DNA of 33,820 bases from an uncultured Planctomycetia bacterium (GTDB lineage: Bacteria; Omnitrophota; Gorgyraeia; 2-02-FULL-51-18). The notes beneath the pieces are model-generated. The model worked only from the letters and a program-made list of their open reading frames with translations. It did no database searches and was not told where the DNA came from. Location of the stretch: contig CAZBAY010000003.1 in the NCBI GenBank assembly GCA_964489945.1, positions 1-33,820 on the forward strand, in the 5' to 3' direction. Both the position numbers and the translations under genes were made by a program. This document shows positions 16,143 through 24,523 of this stretch, piece by piece; within the stretch, counting starts at the first letter, position 1, and each line of letters begins with the position of its first letter.

Positions 16143-16167
16143 TACGATCGTATTAACGAATCGTTAA
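16143..16167. promoter_or_regulatory. two abutting perfect palindromes (candidate operator) in the divergent control region
   Basis: TACGATCGTA (16143-16152) is immediately followed by TTAACGAATCGTTAA (16153-16167). They share the ACGA/TCGT half-site core. They lie between the nirB leader and the plus-strand GT2 gene. Confidence 0.55.
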
Positions 16168-16250
16168 CATTTCCCCGCTCCCTCTTTTAGTGTACAATCA
16201 GCAGCGGAATTAAGTTTTTTCAAACAACCGTCGCATCCAAAGGCGCCCGA

Positions 16251-16925
16251 TTGAAATACTCCGCGGTCATTCCGGTCCATAACGAAGAAGAGTCTGTCCT
16301 TCCTTTATATAAGCGCTTGAAGGCTGTTTTGGACAGTCTCGGCGAGTCCTACGAGATCCTCTTCGTGGATGACGCTTCGACGGATACGAGCCTGGCGACA
16401 CTCGAAAAGCTTCGTTCTGCCGCTCCCCAACTCGTGATCCTGCCTCACAAGACCCGCCGCGGCCAGTCGGCCGCCCTCCAGACGGGCTTTGACGCGGCGC
16501 GGGGCGAGCTCATCATCACGCTCGATGGAGACCTGCAAAACGATCCGGAAGATATCCCGAAACTTTTGGAAAAACTAAAAGAGGGCTATGACGTTGTCTG
16601 CGGCTGGAGAAAAAATCGAAACGATCCTTTCGTAAGAAAAATTTCATCAAGGGTCGCAAACACGGTTCGACAGCTCCTATTGGGAGAAACGATCCACGAC
16701 GTCGGATGCAGCCTCCGAGTGTTCAAACGCAAAGTGCTCGAAAAAGTCATCCTGGGGGGAGAAGATCACCGATTCTTCACGGCATTCGCCGCAAAATACG
16801 GATTCCGCGTCGGCGAGGTAGAGGTTCGCCACACTCCCCGACGGTACGGCCACTCCAAGTACGACACCTGGAAGCGAGCTTGGAAGGGATGTTCGGACCT
16901 TATAAGGATCAAACTCGCGAAATAA
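16251..16925 (+). CDS. GT2 polyprenyl-phosphate glycosyltransferase (ArnC/DPM1/GtrB-like)
   Basis: YSAVIPVHNEEESV, ILFVDDASTD, ITLDGDLQNDPEDIP are typical of ArnC/GtrB-type enzymes. The start is TTG at 16251, with AAAGG upstream. Confidence 0.8.
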   Translation: MKYSAVIPVHNEEESVLPLYKRLKAVLDSLGESYEILFVDDASTDTSLATLEKLRSAAPQLVILPHKTRRGQSAALQTGFDAARGELIITLDGDLQNDPEDIPKLLEKLKEGYDVVCGWRKNRNDPFVRKISSRVANTVRQLLLGETIHDVGCSLRVFKRKVLEKVILGGEDHRFFTAFAAKYGFRVGEVEVRHTPRRYGHSKYDTWKRAWKGCSDLIRIKLAK

Positions 16926-16937
16926 TACTGAGATTTC

Positions 16938-18386
16938 ATGAAACTCGGCCCGCTCATCGTTCTTGGTGTCTTGACCCTCGGCCTGCACGCCACGGGCGCA
17001 GGGACCCTTCCTTTGATCGACCGCGATGAGCCGCGTTTCGCCGAAGCCTCCCGCGAAATGCGGGAGCGCGGCGACTGGATCGTCCCCCATTTCAATAATG
17101 AACCACGCCTGGCGAAACCTCCGCTCATTTACTGGTGCCAGGCTCTTTCCTACCGGGTTTTCGGGGAAACAGATCTCGCGGCGCGGTTCCCCTCAGCACT
17201 CGCGGCCGCCCTCACGGCGCTTCTTGTCTTCGGGTTTGGCTCAAGATTGTACGATGAAAAGACCGGCCTTTGGGCAGCGGTTGTTTTTTCGACCTCGTTA
17301 CACGTTCTGGCCCTCGGAAAAGCGGCGACGGCCGACATGGTCATGATCTTTTTCTTCACGGCGGCGGCTTGGTCCGGCTGGGAACTGGCGGGCAACGGAG
17401 AGCCGCGGAAGAATGCTCTCTCCAGTCCCTGGTGGTGGGTATTCTATGTTTCGCTCGCGCTCGGCTTTCTCACAAAAGGCCCCGTCGCGTGGCTCCCGTT
17501 GGCCTGCCTTTTCGTCTTCTCGAAATTTTCCAAAAAAAATGGTCTTCGCCAAGCCATGCGTTTTCAATGGGGAATTCCGCTCACACTTTTCCTTGTGGGC
17601 CTTTGGGCCGTGCCGGCCCTTCTCCAGACCCAAGGGGAATATTTCACGGTTGGGCTTGAAAAAAATGTCCTTCAGCGTTCGCTGGGGGCCATGGAAGGGC
17701 ACGGGGCCAAAGACGCGCTCACGTACCTCCTCATGCTTCCCTACTATTTCCTGACCGTGTTCCCGAGTTTTTGGCCCTGGGCGCTCTTTCTTCCCGCGCT
17801 TTTTTCCCATTTTAAAAAACAAGAGAATCGGGGTCCGCGTGAAATTTATCTTCTAAGCTTTATCTTGCCCTTATTTTTCGTTTTCACTTTCGTCGCGACA
17901 AAGCTTCCTCACTACACGCTTCCCGCTTTTCCGCTCCTGGCTCTCCTGATGACCAATTTCTACTTTAGCTCAGGCCGTCCGCTGAAGCTCATGGCGCTCT
18001 TGTCCGCGGGAACGGCTGTCGTCACACTGGTATTTTCTCTCGCCGTCTTTCCATTTGCCGCCCGCGCTTTCCCGGCGGCTGAGCTGGCCCGGCAGAGCGC
18101 GCCGTGGCTCAAACCGGAGATGGAGTTCGCCTCCGTGGAATTCAACGAGCCTAGCCTCGTTTGGGCCTTCCGGAAATACGTCCGGGGCTGGCACCATCCG
18201 CTGTCCCCAGAGGAGACCGCGCGGTTCATGCGAAAACCGGGCCCCCGCTTTTGCGTGCTGCCTACGTCGTTGGTCGATCAGGTCTTTCCCGGCAAGGACC
18301 CCGATTGGAAAACGTTCCAACACACGGGAATAAATCCGGCGAAAGGAAAACGGGTCGATCTGACGATGCTGGTTAAAACGGATTGA
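16938..18386 (+). CDS. ArnT/PMT_2-like GT-C membrane glycosyltransferase (GT83/GT39-like)
   Basis: The N-terminal loop motif DRDEPRFAEASREM..., ..NNEPRLAKPPLIYW is characteristic of the ArnT/PMT family. There are about 11 TM helices and a C-terminal soluble domain. Confidence 0.78.
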   Translation: MKLGPLIVLGVLTLGLHATGAGTLPLIDRDEPRFAEASREMRERGDWIVPHFNNEPRLAKPPLIYWCQALSYRVFGETDLAARFPSALAAALTALLVFGFGSRLYDEKTGLWAAVVFSTSLHVLALGKAATADMVMIFFFTAAAWSGWELAGNGEPRKNALSSPWWWVFYVSLALGFLTKGPVAWLPLACLFVFSKFSKKNGLRQAMRFQWGIPLTLFLVGLWAVPALLQTQGEYFTVGLEKNVLQRSLGAMEGHGAKDALTYLLMLPYYFLTVFPSFWPWALFLPALFSHFKKQENRGPREIYLLSFILPLFFVFTFVATKLPHYTLPAFPLLALLMTNFYFSSGRPLKLMALLSAGTAVVTLVFSLAVFPFAARAFPAAELARQSAPWLKPEMEFASVEFNEPSLVWAFRKYVRGWHHPLSPEETARFMRKPGPRFCVLPTSLVDQVFPGKDPDWKTFQHTGINPAKGKRVDLTMLVKTD

Positions 18387-19376
18387 TCAGCGGGAAAGTC
18401 CGAGCGCCGAAGCGGGAGGTTCGCTCCGGAAAACAAGCTCGATGGTTTTTTTGGAAAGAAGGAGTTTGGTAAAACTTAAGGCCGCCTCGCGCCCCATCAG
18501 CCTCTCGGTCACGAAGGCCGCTCCCCACCGCGCGAAATTCAGCCCGTATTTGAGGAATAAAAGGCATTTCAGCGTGAAGAGCCCCGCGAAACCGTAATAT
18601 TTCCGCGCGAAATAAAGCTGGCTCCTCCGGTACTCGACAAGCACATTGAGAATATTTTTTTTCGCCGAGATCCCGCCGTAGTGAATGATCGTTATGTCCG
18701 AATTGTAGTGGATCTTGAAACCAAGCCGTTTGATCCGCTGGCACAGATCGATGTCCTCGAAGTACATGAAAAAACGCCCGTCCAAAAGGCCGGCGTCCAC
18801 AAGCGCGTCCTTCCGCGCCATGAGGCACGAGCCCGATACCCAGTCCACTTCCGTGTAGCCCGCGTATTTTTCCTCCAGATAGTCCCGGATCTTAAGATCG
18901 TTCAAAGACAGCCGGTGGTGCAGGAGCTTCCGGAACGCCTCGGAGATGAGCGTCGGGAAACTCCCCCAGGAAAGCTGGAGTTTGCCTTCCCCGTCGAGCT
19001 GGCGTGGACCGATCGCGCCGGTATTGGGATTCGCGATGAGATAATCCAGCATCCGGTCGAGGCAATTATCGAGGATCTTCGTGTCGCTGTTCAAAAGAAG
19101 GAGGTAAGCGCCTCGCGCGTTCGAGATGCCAAGATTATTGGCCCGGGAAAATCCCAGGTTCGCTCCCGTTTCGATACAAACGACCTCCGGGGCTTCCCGG
19201 CGGATCAGGTCGAGACTACCGTCCTTTGAGCCGTTGTCGATCAGGATGATCTCAAAACCGCACGCGGGAGGATTCGAGTAAATGGAACGGATGCACTGAA
19301 GGGTGTAATCGGGGGTCTCGAAATTGACGACGACGATACTTAAAGTGACGGGGTGATCGGCCTTGTTCTGCGCCAT
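18387..19376 (-). CDS. GT2 family glycosyltransferase
   Basis: LSIVVVNFETPDYTLQCIRSI, ILIDNGSKDGS, LLLNSDT and FMYFEDIDLC are typical of rhamnosyl/GalNAc-type GT2 enzymes. Confidence 0.82.
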   Translation of the reverse strand: MAQNKADHPVTLSIVVVNFETPDYTLQCIRSIYSNPPACGFEIILIDNGSKDGSLDLIRREAPEVVCIETGANLGFSRANNLGISNARGAYLLLLNSDTKILDNCLDRMLDYLIANPNTGAIGPRQLDGEGKLQLSWGSFPTLISEAFRKLLHHRLSLNDLKIRDYLEEKYAGYTEVDWVSGSCLMARKDALVDAGLLDGRFFMYFEDIDLCQRIKRLGFKIHYNSDITIIHYGGISAKKNILNVLVEYRRSQLYFARKYYGFAGLFTLKCLLFLKYGLNFARWGAAFVTERLMGREAALSFTKLLLSKKTIELVFRSEPPASALGLSR

Positions 19377-19386
19377 ATGTTTTTTG

Positions 19387-19395
19387 ATTATAACA
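19387..19395 (-). promoter_or_regulatory. perfect extended -10 element TGtTATAAT 10 nt upstream of the GT2 ATG (leaderless-type promoter candidate)
   Basis: The minus strand reads TGTTATAAT-CAAAAAACAT-ATG (TATAAT = 19392-19387, ATG = 19376-19374). No Shine-Dalgarno sequence lies in between. Confidence 0.45.
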
Positions 19396-19425
19396 CAGGT
19401 TTCAAAGGGCGTACGCCGGTTTTTG

Positions 19426-21597
19426 TCATCTGCCCGGCGCCGCGTAACGTTTTAACTTTTCCAGCCATTCCCCGGGCAGGCGCTTTTTGAGAGCTCCCTT
19501 GACGGCCGCGGTCAACCTACGCGGCATTCTCCACAAGGTCTCCCTCCGCATGACGTCTTTAAGCCGCGAAACGAGCTCATCGCCGCCGTTGCGGCCGCCG
19601 GACCGTTTGAGATGTTCCCCCATATGGGCTGAGATCCTGTCCTTGAACAAAAGTCCCTCGCGGTATTCATCAACGCTGCGGCTGTATATCAAATTGTAAC
19701 TCTGCGCGTGAACCCTCCATTTGAGGTGTGCCTCGGGCAGGTAAAAGAACCTCCCTTTCAGGCTCAACTGGGCCAAAAGCCACCAGTCAAACCAAGCATC
19801 GTGTTTGGCGGAAAAATCGATCCCGTCGAGCGACTTTTTCCGAGTCACGAACGAGGAGAAAGTCAGAATGAAATTGTAGTGGAGAAGGTACGGGAAAGCA
19901 TAAAAAGGTTTGTCAGCGATCTCCGAGTCCAAAAACTTCCTCCAATGGTATTGCTCGTTCAGCGAGCGGATGAGGCCGTCGTCTCCGAACATTTCGACGC
20001 CGCTGTGGACGACCGCTACGTCCGGATGGCGTTCCAGCACAGCGACCTTCTGGGCGAGGTTCTCCGGAAGCCAGACGTCATCCGCCTCAATGAACGCCAC
20101 ATAGTCGCTGGTACACTTTTCGAGGCCCAGCCGGTAGGTTTCAATGAGGCCTTTGTTCAGCCTGCCCTCATGGAAATAGACGCGTATCTTTCCGGGAAAT
20201 TCCCGCTCATACCGTTTAAGGATCTCCGGGGAGGCGTCGGATGAACCGTCATCCACAATGATAAGCTCCCACTTTTGATAGGTTTGTGCCAGGACGGAAT
20301 CCACAGCCTCCGAGATAAATTGCTGATAGTTATAACTGGGCAAAATAATGGAAACCTTCCCGGGCTCCATTTTGCGGCCCTCTTCATTTCTATTTCGCGC
20401 TGGAATACCCAGGTCTTCCTGAACTACCCTTTCCATCCGGTCCATGAAAGGGCCCCACGTCCACCGGCTCAAAACTTCGGAACGGCCCGCTTCTCCCATG
20501 CGGCGCATCGCGTCGGGATCGGCGAGGCACGCCTCGATCTTGCGAGCCCAGAGAGACTCGTCGCGCTCCAAAATGAAACCAGTCTTGCCGTCCACAATCG
20601 TTTCGAGGAAACCGCCCTCTTTGACGGCGAGCACCGGAACGGCGCACGCCATCGCTTCAAGCGGCACAAGGCCGAAAGGCTCGCGGACCGACGCGCATAA
20701 GACTAAAGCGCTTCCATGATAGGCGGCCTGCAATTCCTCCTCGCTGACACGGTGACGGACTTCGATCTCGACGCCCGTTCGGGAGGCCTCTTCTCCGCAT
20801 TTTTTCAAAAAACTGGGGCGGATAGCGTCACAGATAATGACAAGCTTCGGCCGGCGGCTCTCCGGAATAAGGGCCAGCGCGCGGATCAAAAAATCATGGC
20901 CTTTAAAAGGATCCATGCGGCCCACCGACAACACATGGGTTTTGGGTACGGAAGCTTCGCCCGGACTGAATCGCTCTGTGTCTACGCCTTGATAATTGAC
21001 CAGCGGTTCCACTCCGTAAACGCGTTTGATCCATGACGCCGTAAAACGGGAATTCGTCATCACCCGTTTCGCCGCCCACATGCTCCGCCTGTCTTCGCCT
21101 TTGATGTGAGCGCGGTCCGGCAAGCTTATGATCTTACGGATCTGCTGTCGGAGGGGTTGACGGAAAAATTCCAGCCATCCCGTTAAGTGTATGGCGGCAT
21201 TGCCGTTCGCCAAGGCTTCATACGGGCCGATGCGCAAAGGCTCCTGGGAATAAAAAATATGAGGCTTCTTTAAATAACGCAAAACGGGAGGAGAGCCGAA
21301 ATACCGACATTTGCCGATGAGAACCCATTCCGCGTCAGAGGCGTTGATCGCCTCGGCGATCCGGCGCGTCGCGCGGTCATAATTTTCAAACCGCGAGGGG
21401 CCTTCGAACCGCAGGGTTTCCACGACCACACGGTCGGCCCACGTTCCCAGCGGAAGAAAATCCTGTTCCGCGCTTGAAAAGGAATAGAGGGAGATTGTGT
21501 ATCCTCTCTCCTTCATCACCCGCATCTTGTCATGAAGGACCCTGAGGGCCCCGCCTGACGGCAGGTTATGAAAGACGGCTAGCTTCCGCATGCTCAT
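19426..21597 (-). CDS. two-domain glycosyltransferase: N-terminal GT4 (GT-B) + C-terminal GT2 (GT-A)
   Basis: The N-terminal half carries a GT4 C-domain signature (..SVREPFGLVPLEAMACAVPVLAVKEGGFLETIVDGKTG). The C-terminal half carries GT2 motifs (VSIILPSYNYQQFISEAVDSVLAQTY, LIIVDDGSSD, FIEADD). Confidence 0.82.
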   Translation of the reverse strand: MSMRKLAVFHNLPSGGALRVLHDKMRVMKERGYTISLYSFSSAEQDFLPLGTWADRVVVETLRFEGPSRFENYDRATRRIAEAINASDAEWVLIGKCRYFGSPPVLRYLKKPHIFYSQEPLRIGPYEALANGNAAIHLTGWLEFFRQPLRQQIRKIISLPDRAHIKGEDRRSMWAAKRVMTNSRFTASWIKRVYGVEPLVNYQGVDTERFSPGEASVPKTHVLSVGRMDPFKGHDFLIRALALIPESRRPKLVIICDAIRPSFLKKCGEEASRTGVEIEVRHRVSEEELQAAYHGSALVLCASVREPFGLVPLEAMACAVPVLAVKEGGFLETIVDGKTGFILERDESLWARKIEACLADPDAMRRMGEAGRSEVLSRWTWGPFMDRMERVVQEDLGIPARNRNEEGRKMEPGKVSIILPSYNYQQFISEAVDSVLAQTYQKWELIIVDDGSSDASPEILKRYEREFPGKIRVYFHEGRLNKGLIETYRLGLEKCTSDYVAFIEADDVWLPENLAQKVAVLERHPDVAVVHSGVEMFGDDGLIRSLNEQYHWRKFLDSEIADKPFYAFPYLLHYNFILTFSSFVTRKKSLDGIDFSAKHDAWFDWWLLAQLSLKGRFFYLPEAHLKWRVHAQSYNLIYSRSVDEYREGLLFKDRISAHMGEHLKRSGGRNGGDELVSRLKDVMRRETLWRMPRRLTAAVKGALKKRLPGEWLEKLKRYAAPGR

Positions 21598-22777
21598 GCA
21601 CTCCCTCTTTCGGCTCCGTTAAGCGGCCCGTTTCGGTGATCTTGTCGAGTGCCGCTTTCAGCCGCTTGGCATTTTCCGCCGCGCTGAATTTTAAAAGAAG
21701 ATGCTCGCGCGCATCCGTGTCGATGCGGTAACCGGGCTCAAGCACCTTACGGATCCCCCGTCCGATATCCTCGGCGGAAGACGGGTCGACAAATTCCGCG
21801 TACCCCTCGCCCGACTCAAGCATACCGCTGTTGTTCGAACACACGACGGGGATCCCGCAACCCACCGCTTCCAGGACCGGCAACCCGAACCCTTCATACC
21901 ACGAGGCGTAAACAAGCGCCCGCGCGCCGTGATACAGGCTGATAAGATCCTCTTTCGCCACTTTTTCGAGGATCCGGCAGCGCGGATCGCGGCCGATCGT
22001 ATCATAGACCGAGCGGTCACCCCACCCGTCGCCGCCCACAAAGATCAGATCCTCGGGGATCGAGGATTTGATCTTCAGAAAGGCGTTATAAATATTTTCC
22101 GCGTTTTTTCTGGGCTCAAAAGAACCGACGACGAGGAGATAGTTCCCTGTAGAAGGGCGGACCGAGCCGTCGCCCAAACAGAAATCGGGGTCATAGGTGT
22201 TGTACACGACGGAAATATTTTCCGCGGAGATCCCGTTCCGGAGCAGGTCGCGCCGCGTGTTTTCCGAAACCGCGATCACATGCCTCGCCTTCCGGTAGTT
22301 CGACAAAAAATCGATCTTCCAGTGAGGGGGAAAATCAAACCATTCACGGCGGATGACGGGACTCAGATCATGGCACAGCGCGACCCATTCCTCGGCAGGC
22401 GGTAGCGAACCCACGAGGTGGCGGAAAATGAACTGTTTGACGTCTCTGAGGCGGTGCCTGAAAGCGGGCGGCAGACAGCGGTATAGGTCCCGCACGGGCC
22501 GCCACACGCTTCTGCGGAGCCATTCCGTCGTGTAGTAGTAGAATTGTCCGTGGTCCCGGCCGTCCACCGAAATGTCGTAAGGAGGGGTCAAATTGAGGTA
22601 AAGGTCGTAACGCCCCTTGAGCTGTTTGGTATTTTCCAGCAGTGTGAACTCGTAACAGGGGACCAGCGGAAAAAGATCCCTGAATGACCTTTGGTGGACG
22701 GTTGTGCCGTTGCACCCTTTGGAATAGGCCAGCACTAAGACCCGGTTCACCAATGCCGCGCTCCCCTTCTTAGCCAC
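21566..22777 (-). CDS. GT4 family glycosyltransferase
   Basis: The C-terminal EX7E-type region YASWYEGFGLPVLEAVGCGIPVVCSNNSGMLE is present. It overlaps the downstream gene by 32 nt and the upstream gene by 8 nt. Confidence 0.8.
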   Translation of the reverse strand: MAKKGSAALVNRVLVLAYSKGCNGTTVHQRSFRDLFPLVPCYEFTLLENTKQLKGRYDLYLNLTPPYDISVDGRDHGQFYYYTTEWLRRSVWRPVRDLYRCLPPAFRHRLRDVKQFIFRHLVGSLPPAEEWVALCHDLSPVIRREWFDFPPHWKIDFLSNYRKARHVIAVSENTRRDLLRNGISAENISVVYNTYDPDFCLGDGSVRPSTGNYLLVVGSFEPRKNAENIYNAFLKIKSSIPEDLIFVGGDGWGDRSVYDTIGRDPRCRILEKVAKEDLISLYHGARALVYASWYEGFGLPVLEAVGCGIPVVCSNNSGMLESGEGYAEFVDPSSAEDIGRGIRKVLEPGYRIDTDAREHLLLKFSAAENAKRLKAALDKITETGRLTEPKEGVHEHAEASRLS

Positions 22778-23537
22778 AGGTTTCCACCACGCGCCCTTTG
22801 AACGCGGCCCATTCCCATCTCAACGCGCCGCGTGCCGTCGACAAAAGCGACTGGCCGCGCGCATAACCGAGCGCTTCCATGGCCCCGCCATGATGTTTCC
22901 AGAAAAGATGATGCAATTCCTCCGGCATCTCGTTCTTCCAGGCGCCGACCGCGCCGCGGCGGAAAAACGTCCGCCGCCGGAACGCCCTTTCCTCCGGTGA
23001 AAACCCGTGCTGAACGCCGCTGCCGTACGGCATGTCCTTCGTTCTAAGGTCGTCGAACGACGGCAGCTTCTCGCGCCGCGGCTCCGTCAGGTCCAGAAAG
23101 GGGCGCAGGCGTTCCGCGCAGGCGATCGGGTCCTGGATGAGATCCTCGAAACGGATCACAAGCGACGCGCGCCGGAGCCACTGCGAGACATTCGCGCTCC
23201 ACCCGCCAAAGTGGCTGCCATCATCGGCAAGGATCGCCTCGATGAGGTTCCGCCTGAAATCCGACCCCGGAGAGATGAGGTTCGATCGGTGGTGCGCGAT
23301 CGAGACCAGCGCGTCACGCCCGTCGCGCACGATATAGACCGCGGGGATCGCGGGGTCCGCGGGCACAAGCTCATTCGGAAGAAGGTGCGTCTTCACGACC
23401 GCATGCCGGCCGTAGTCCGGCTTCACGGGATACGCGGGCTCCTTGTGGAACGTGCTGGATTCGATGCCGTAGACTTCATGCAGTACGATACGGAAGAACG
23501 TATTGCCCGATCTCGGAAAGGACGCGAGCCAGATCAT
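22770..23537 (-). CDS. sulfotransferase, Sulfotransfer_1-like (PAPS-dependent)
   Basis: A 5'-phosphosulfate-binding-type loop sits at the extreme N-terminus (WLASFPRSGNTFF), and a 3'-phosphate-binding-type motif follows (YIVRDGRDALVS). It forms an ATGA overlap with the upstream gene's stop (23534-23537). Confidence 0.75.
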   Translation of the reverse strand: MIWLASFPRSGNTFFRIVLHEVYGIESSTFHKEPAYPVKPDYGRHAVVKTHLLPNELVPADPAIPAVYIVRDGRDALVSIAHHRSNLISPGSDFRRNLIEAILADDGSHFGGWSANVSQWLRRASLVIRFEDLIQDPIACAERLRPFLDLTEPRREKLPSFDDLRTKDMPYGSGVQHGFSPEERAFRRRTFFRRGAVGAWKNEMPEELHHLFWKHHGGAMEALGYARGQSLLSTARGALRWEWAAFKGRVVETCG

Positions 23538-24523
23538 CGCCGCGTAACCCCGATCAGGTCGAGAGCCTCGGCCGGCGTCGAGATCACGAACCGGCGCGCG
23601 TCACGATGTGACAATAACTGATCAATGTTCTTTTTTAAATGCTCGAAACGGTGCGGGTAAAGCGTCACGCAGGACCTCACCTCCAGCACGAGGAGAGGTT
23701 CTTCGGAAGAGCGCAGGATGCGCTCGATCCCCTGCGCGAACGCTTGCGGATTGATCGCAAGCCTCAGCGTGCGGAATTTGGGCCGCAGGCGTTTTCGGTC
23801 AAAAAGCGCGCAATAGGCGGTTTCAAACACGCCCCGTCGATCCGTGAAGGAGCCCGTGCTGACCGGGATCATCCACATGCCGTCCGTGCGTGACGGATCA
23901 GGTGTCCTGAAATCCTCGCGGCTCGGTCGGAACGGAAACAAAGGCACAGGCGTTAAATCCGGAACGGCTCCCGTCACGATCTCATTTTTCCTTTCCGCGC
24001 GACGCGGCTTCTTTCCTGCCTCGAGTGTCAGATCAAAATGCACGCCGAGAGTTTCCAAAAAGCGCGCAGTCTGATTGTTCAACCAGGCATCGCCAAAGCG
24101 GAACGAGCGGCACGGCCTCCCAAAGCTTTCAAGGAACGCGCGGAACGAGACATCCACGCAATGCTCGACCCACCGCTGGTCACCGTGGTCGACGATCCAC
24201 CGGCGCGCTTCGCGGTCCCAGCGCCAGGCATGCGTGTGCAAACCGATCTCGTCGCCGTTTTGCTCAAATTCATTGACGAGCTCCCGGTAGTTGCGGACAC
24301 CCCAGTCCGGCGCTCCCCACCCCACTTCGACCTGCGGATCCATGCGGAAAAACCACGAAAAATGGGGCGGTGAACCGGTCACCGACGCCAGACGCGGCCG
24401 CGCGCTCCTGAAAAAAACGGCTGTTTTCTCGAGGCCGCGCCAGGGCTCCAGACTTCCGGGCTCAAAAAGCCGCTTGTCGGGCTCAGCGTCCACGCAGACA
24501 ATGACCGGGATCTTTTTATTCAA
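23534..24523 (-). CDS. polysaccharide deacetylase-like (CE4-like) protein, putative
   Basis: VIVCVDAEPD and DEIGLHTHAW loosely resemble the CE4 Asp and His metal/catalytic motifs. I prefer the TTG start at 24523, which gives an 8-nt overlap with the upstream gene. The listed ATG at 24607 would overlap by 92 nt. The family call is weak. Confidence 0.45.
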   Translation of the reverse strand: MNKKIPVIVCVDAEPDKRLFEPGSLEPWRGLEKTAVFFRSARPRLASVTGSPPHFSWFFRMDPQVEVGWGAPDWGVRNYRELVNEFEQNGDEIGLHTHAWRWDREARRWIVDHGDQRWVEHCVDVSFRAFLESFGRPCRSFRFGDAWLNNQTARFLETLGVHFDLTLEAGKKPRRAERKNEIVTGAVPDLTPVPLFPFRPSREDFRTPDPSRTDGMWMIPVSTGSFTDRRGVFETAYCALFDRKRLRPKFRTLRLAINPQAFAQGIERILRSSEEPLLVLEVRSCVTLYPHRFEHLKKNIDQLLSHRDARRFVISTPAEALDLIGVTRR

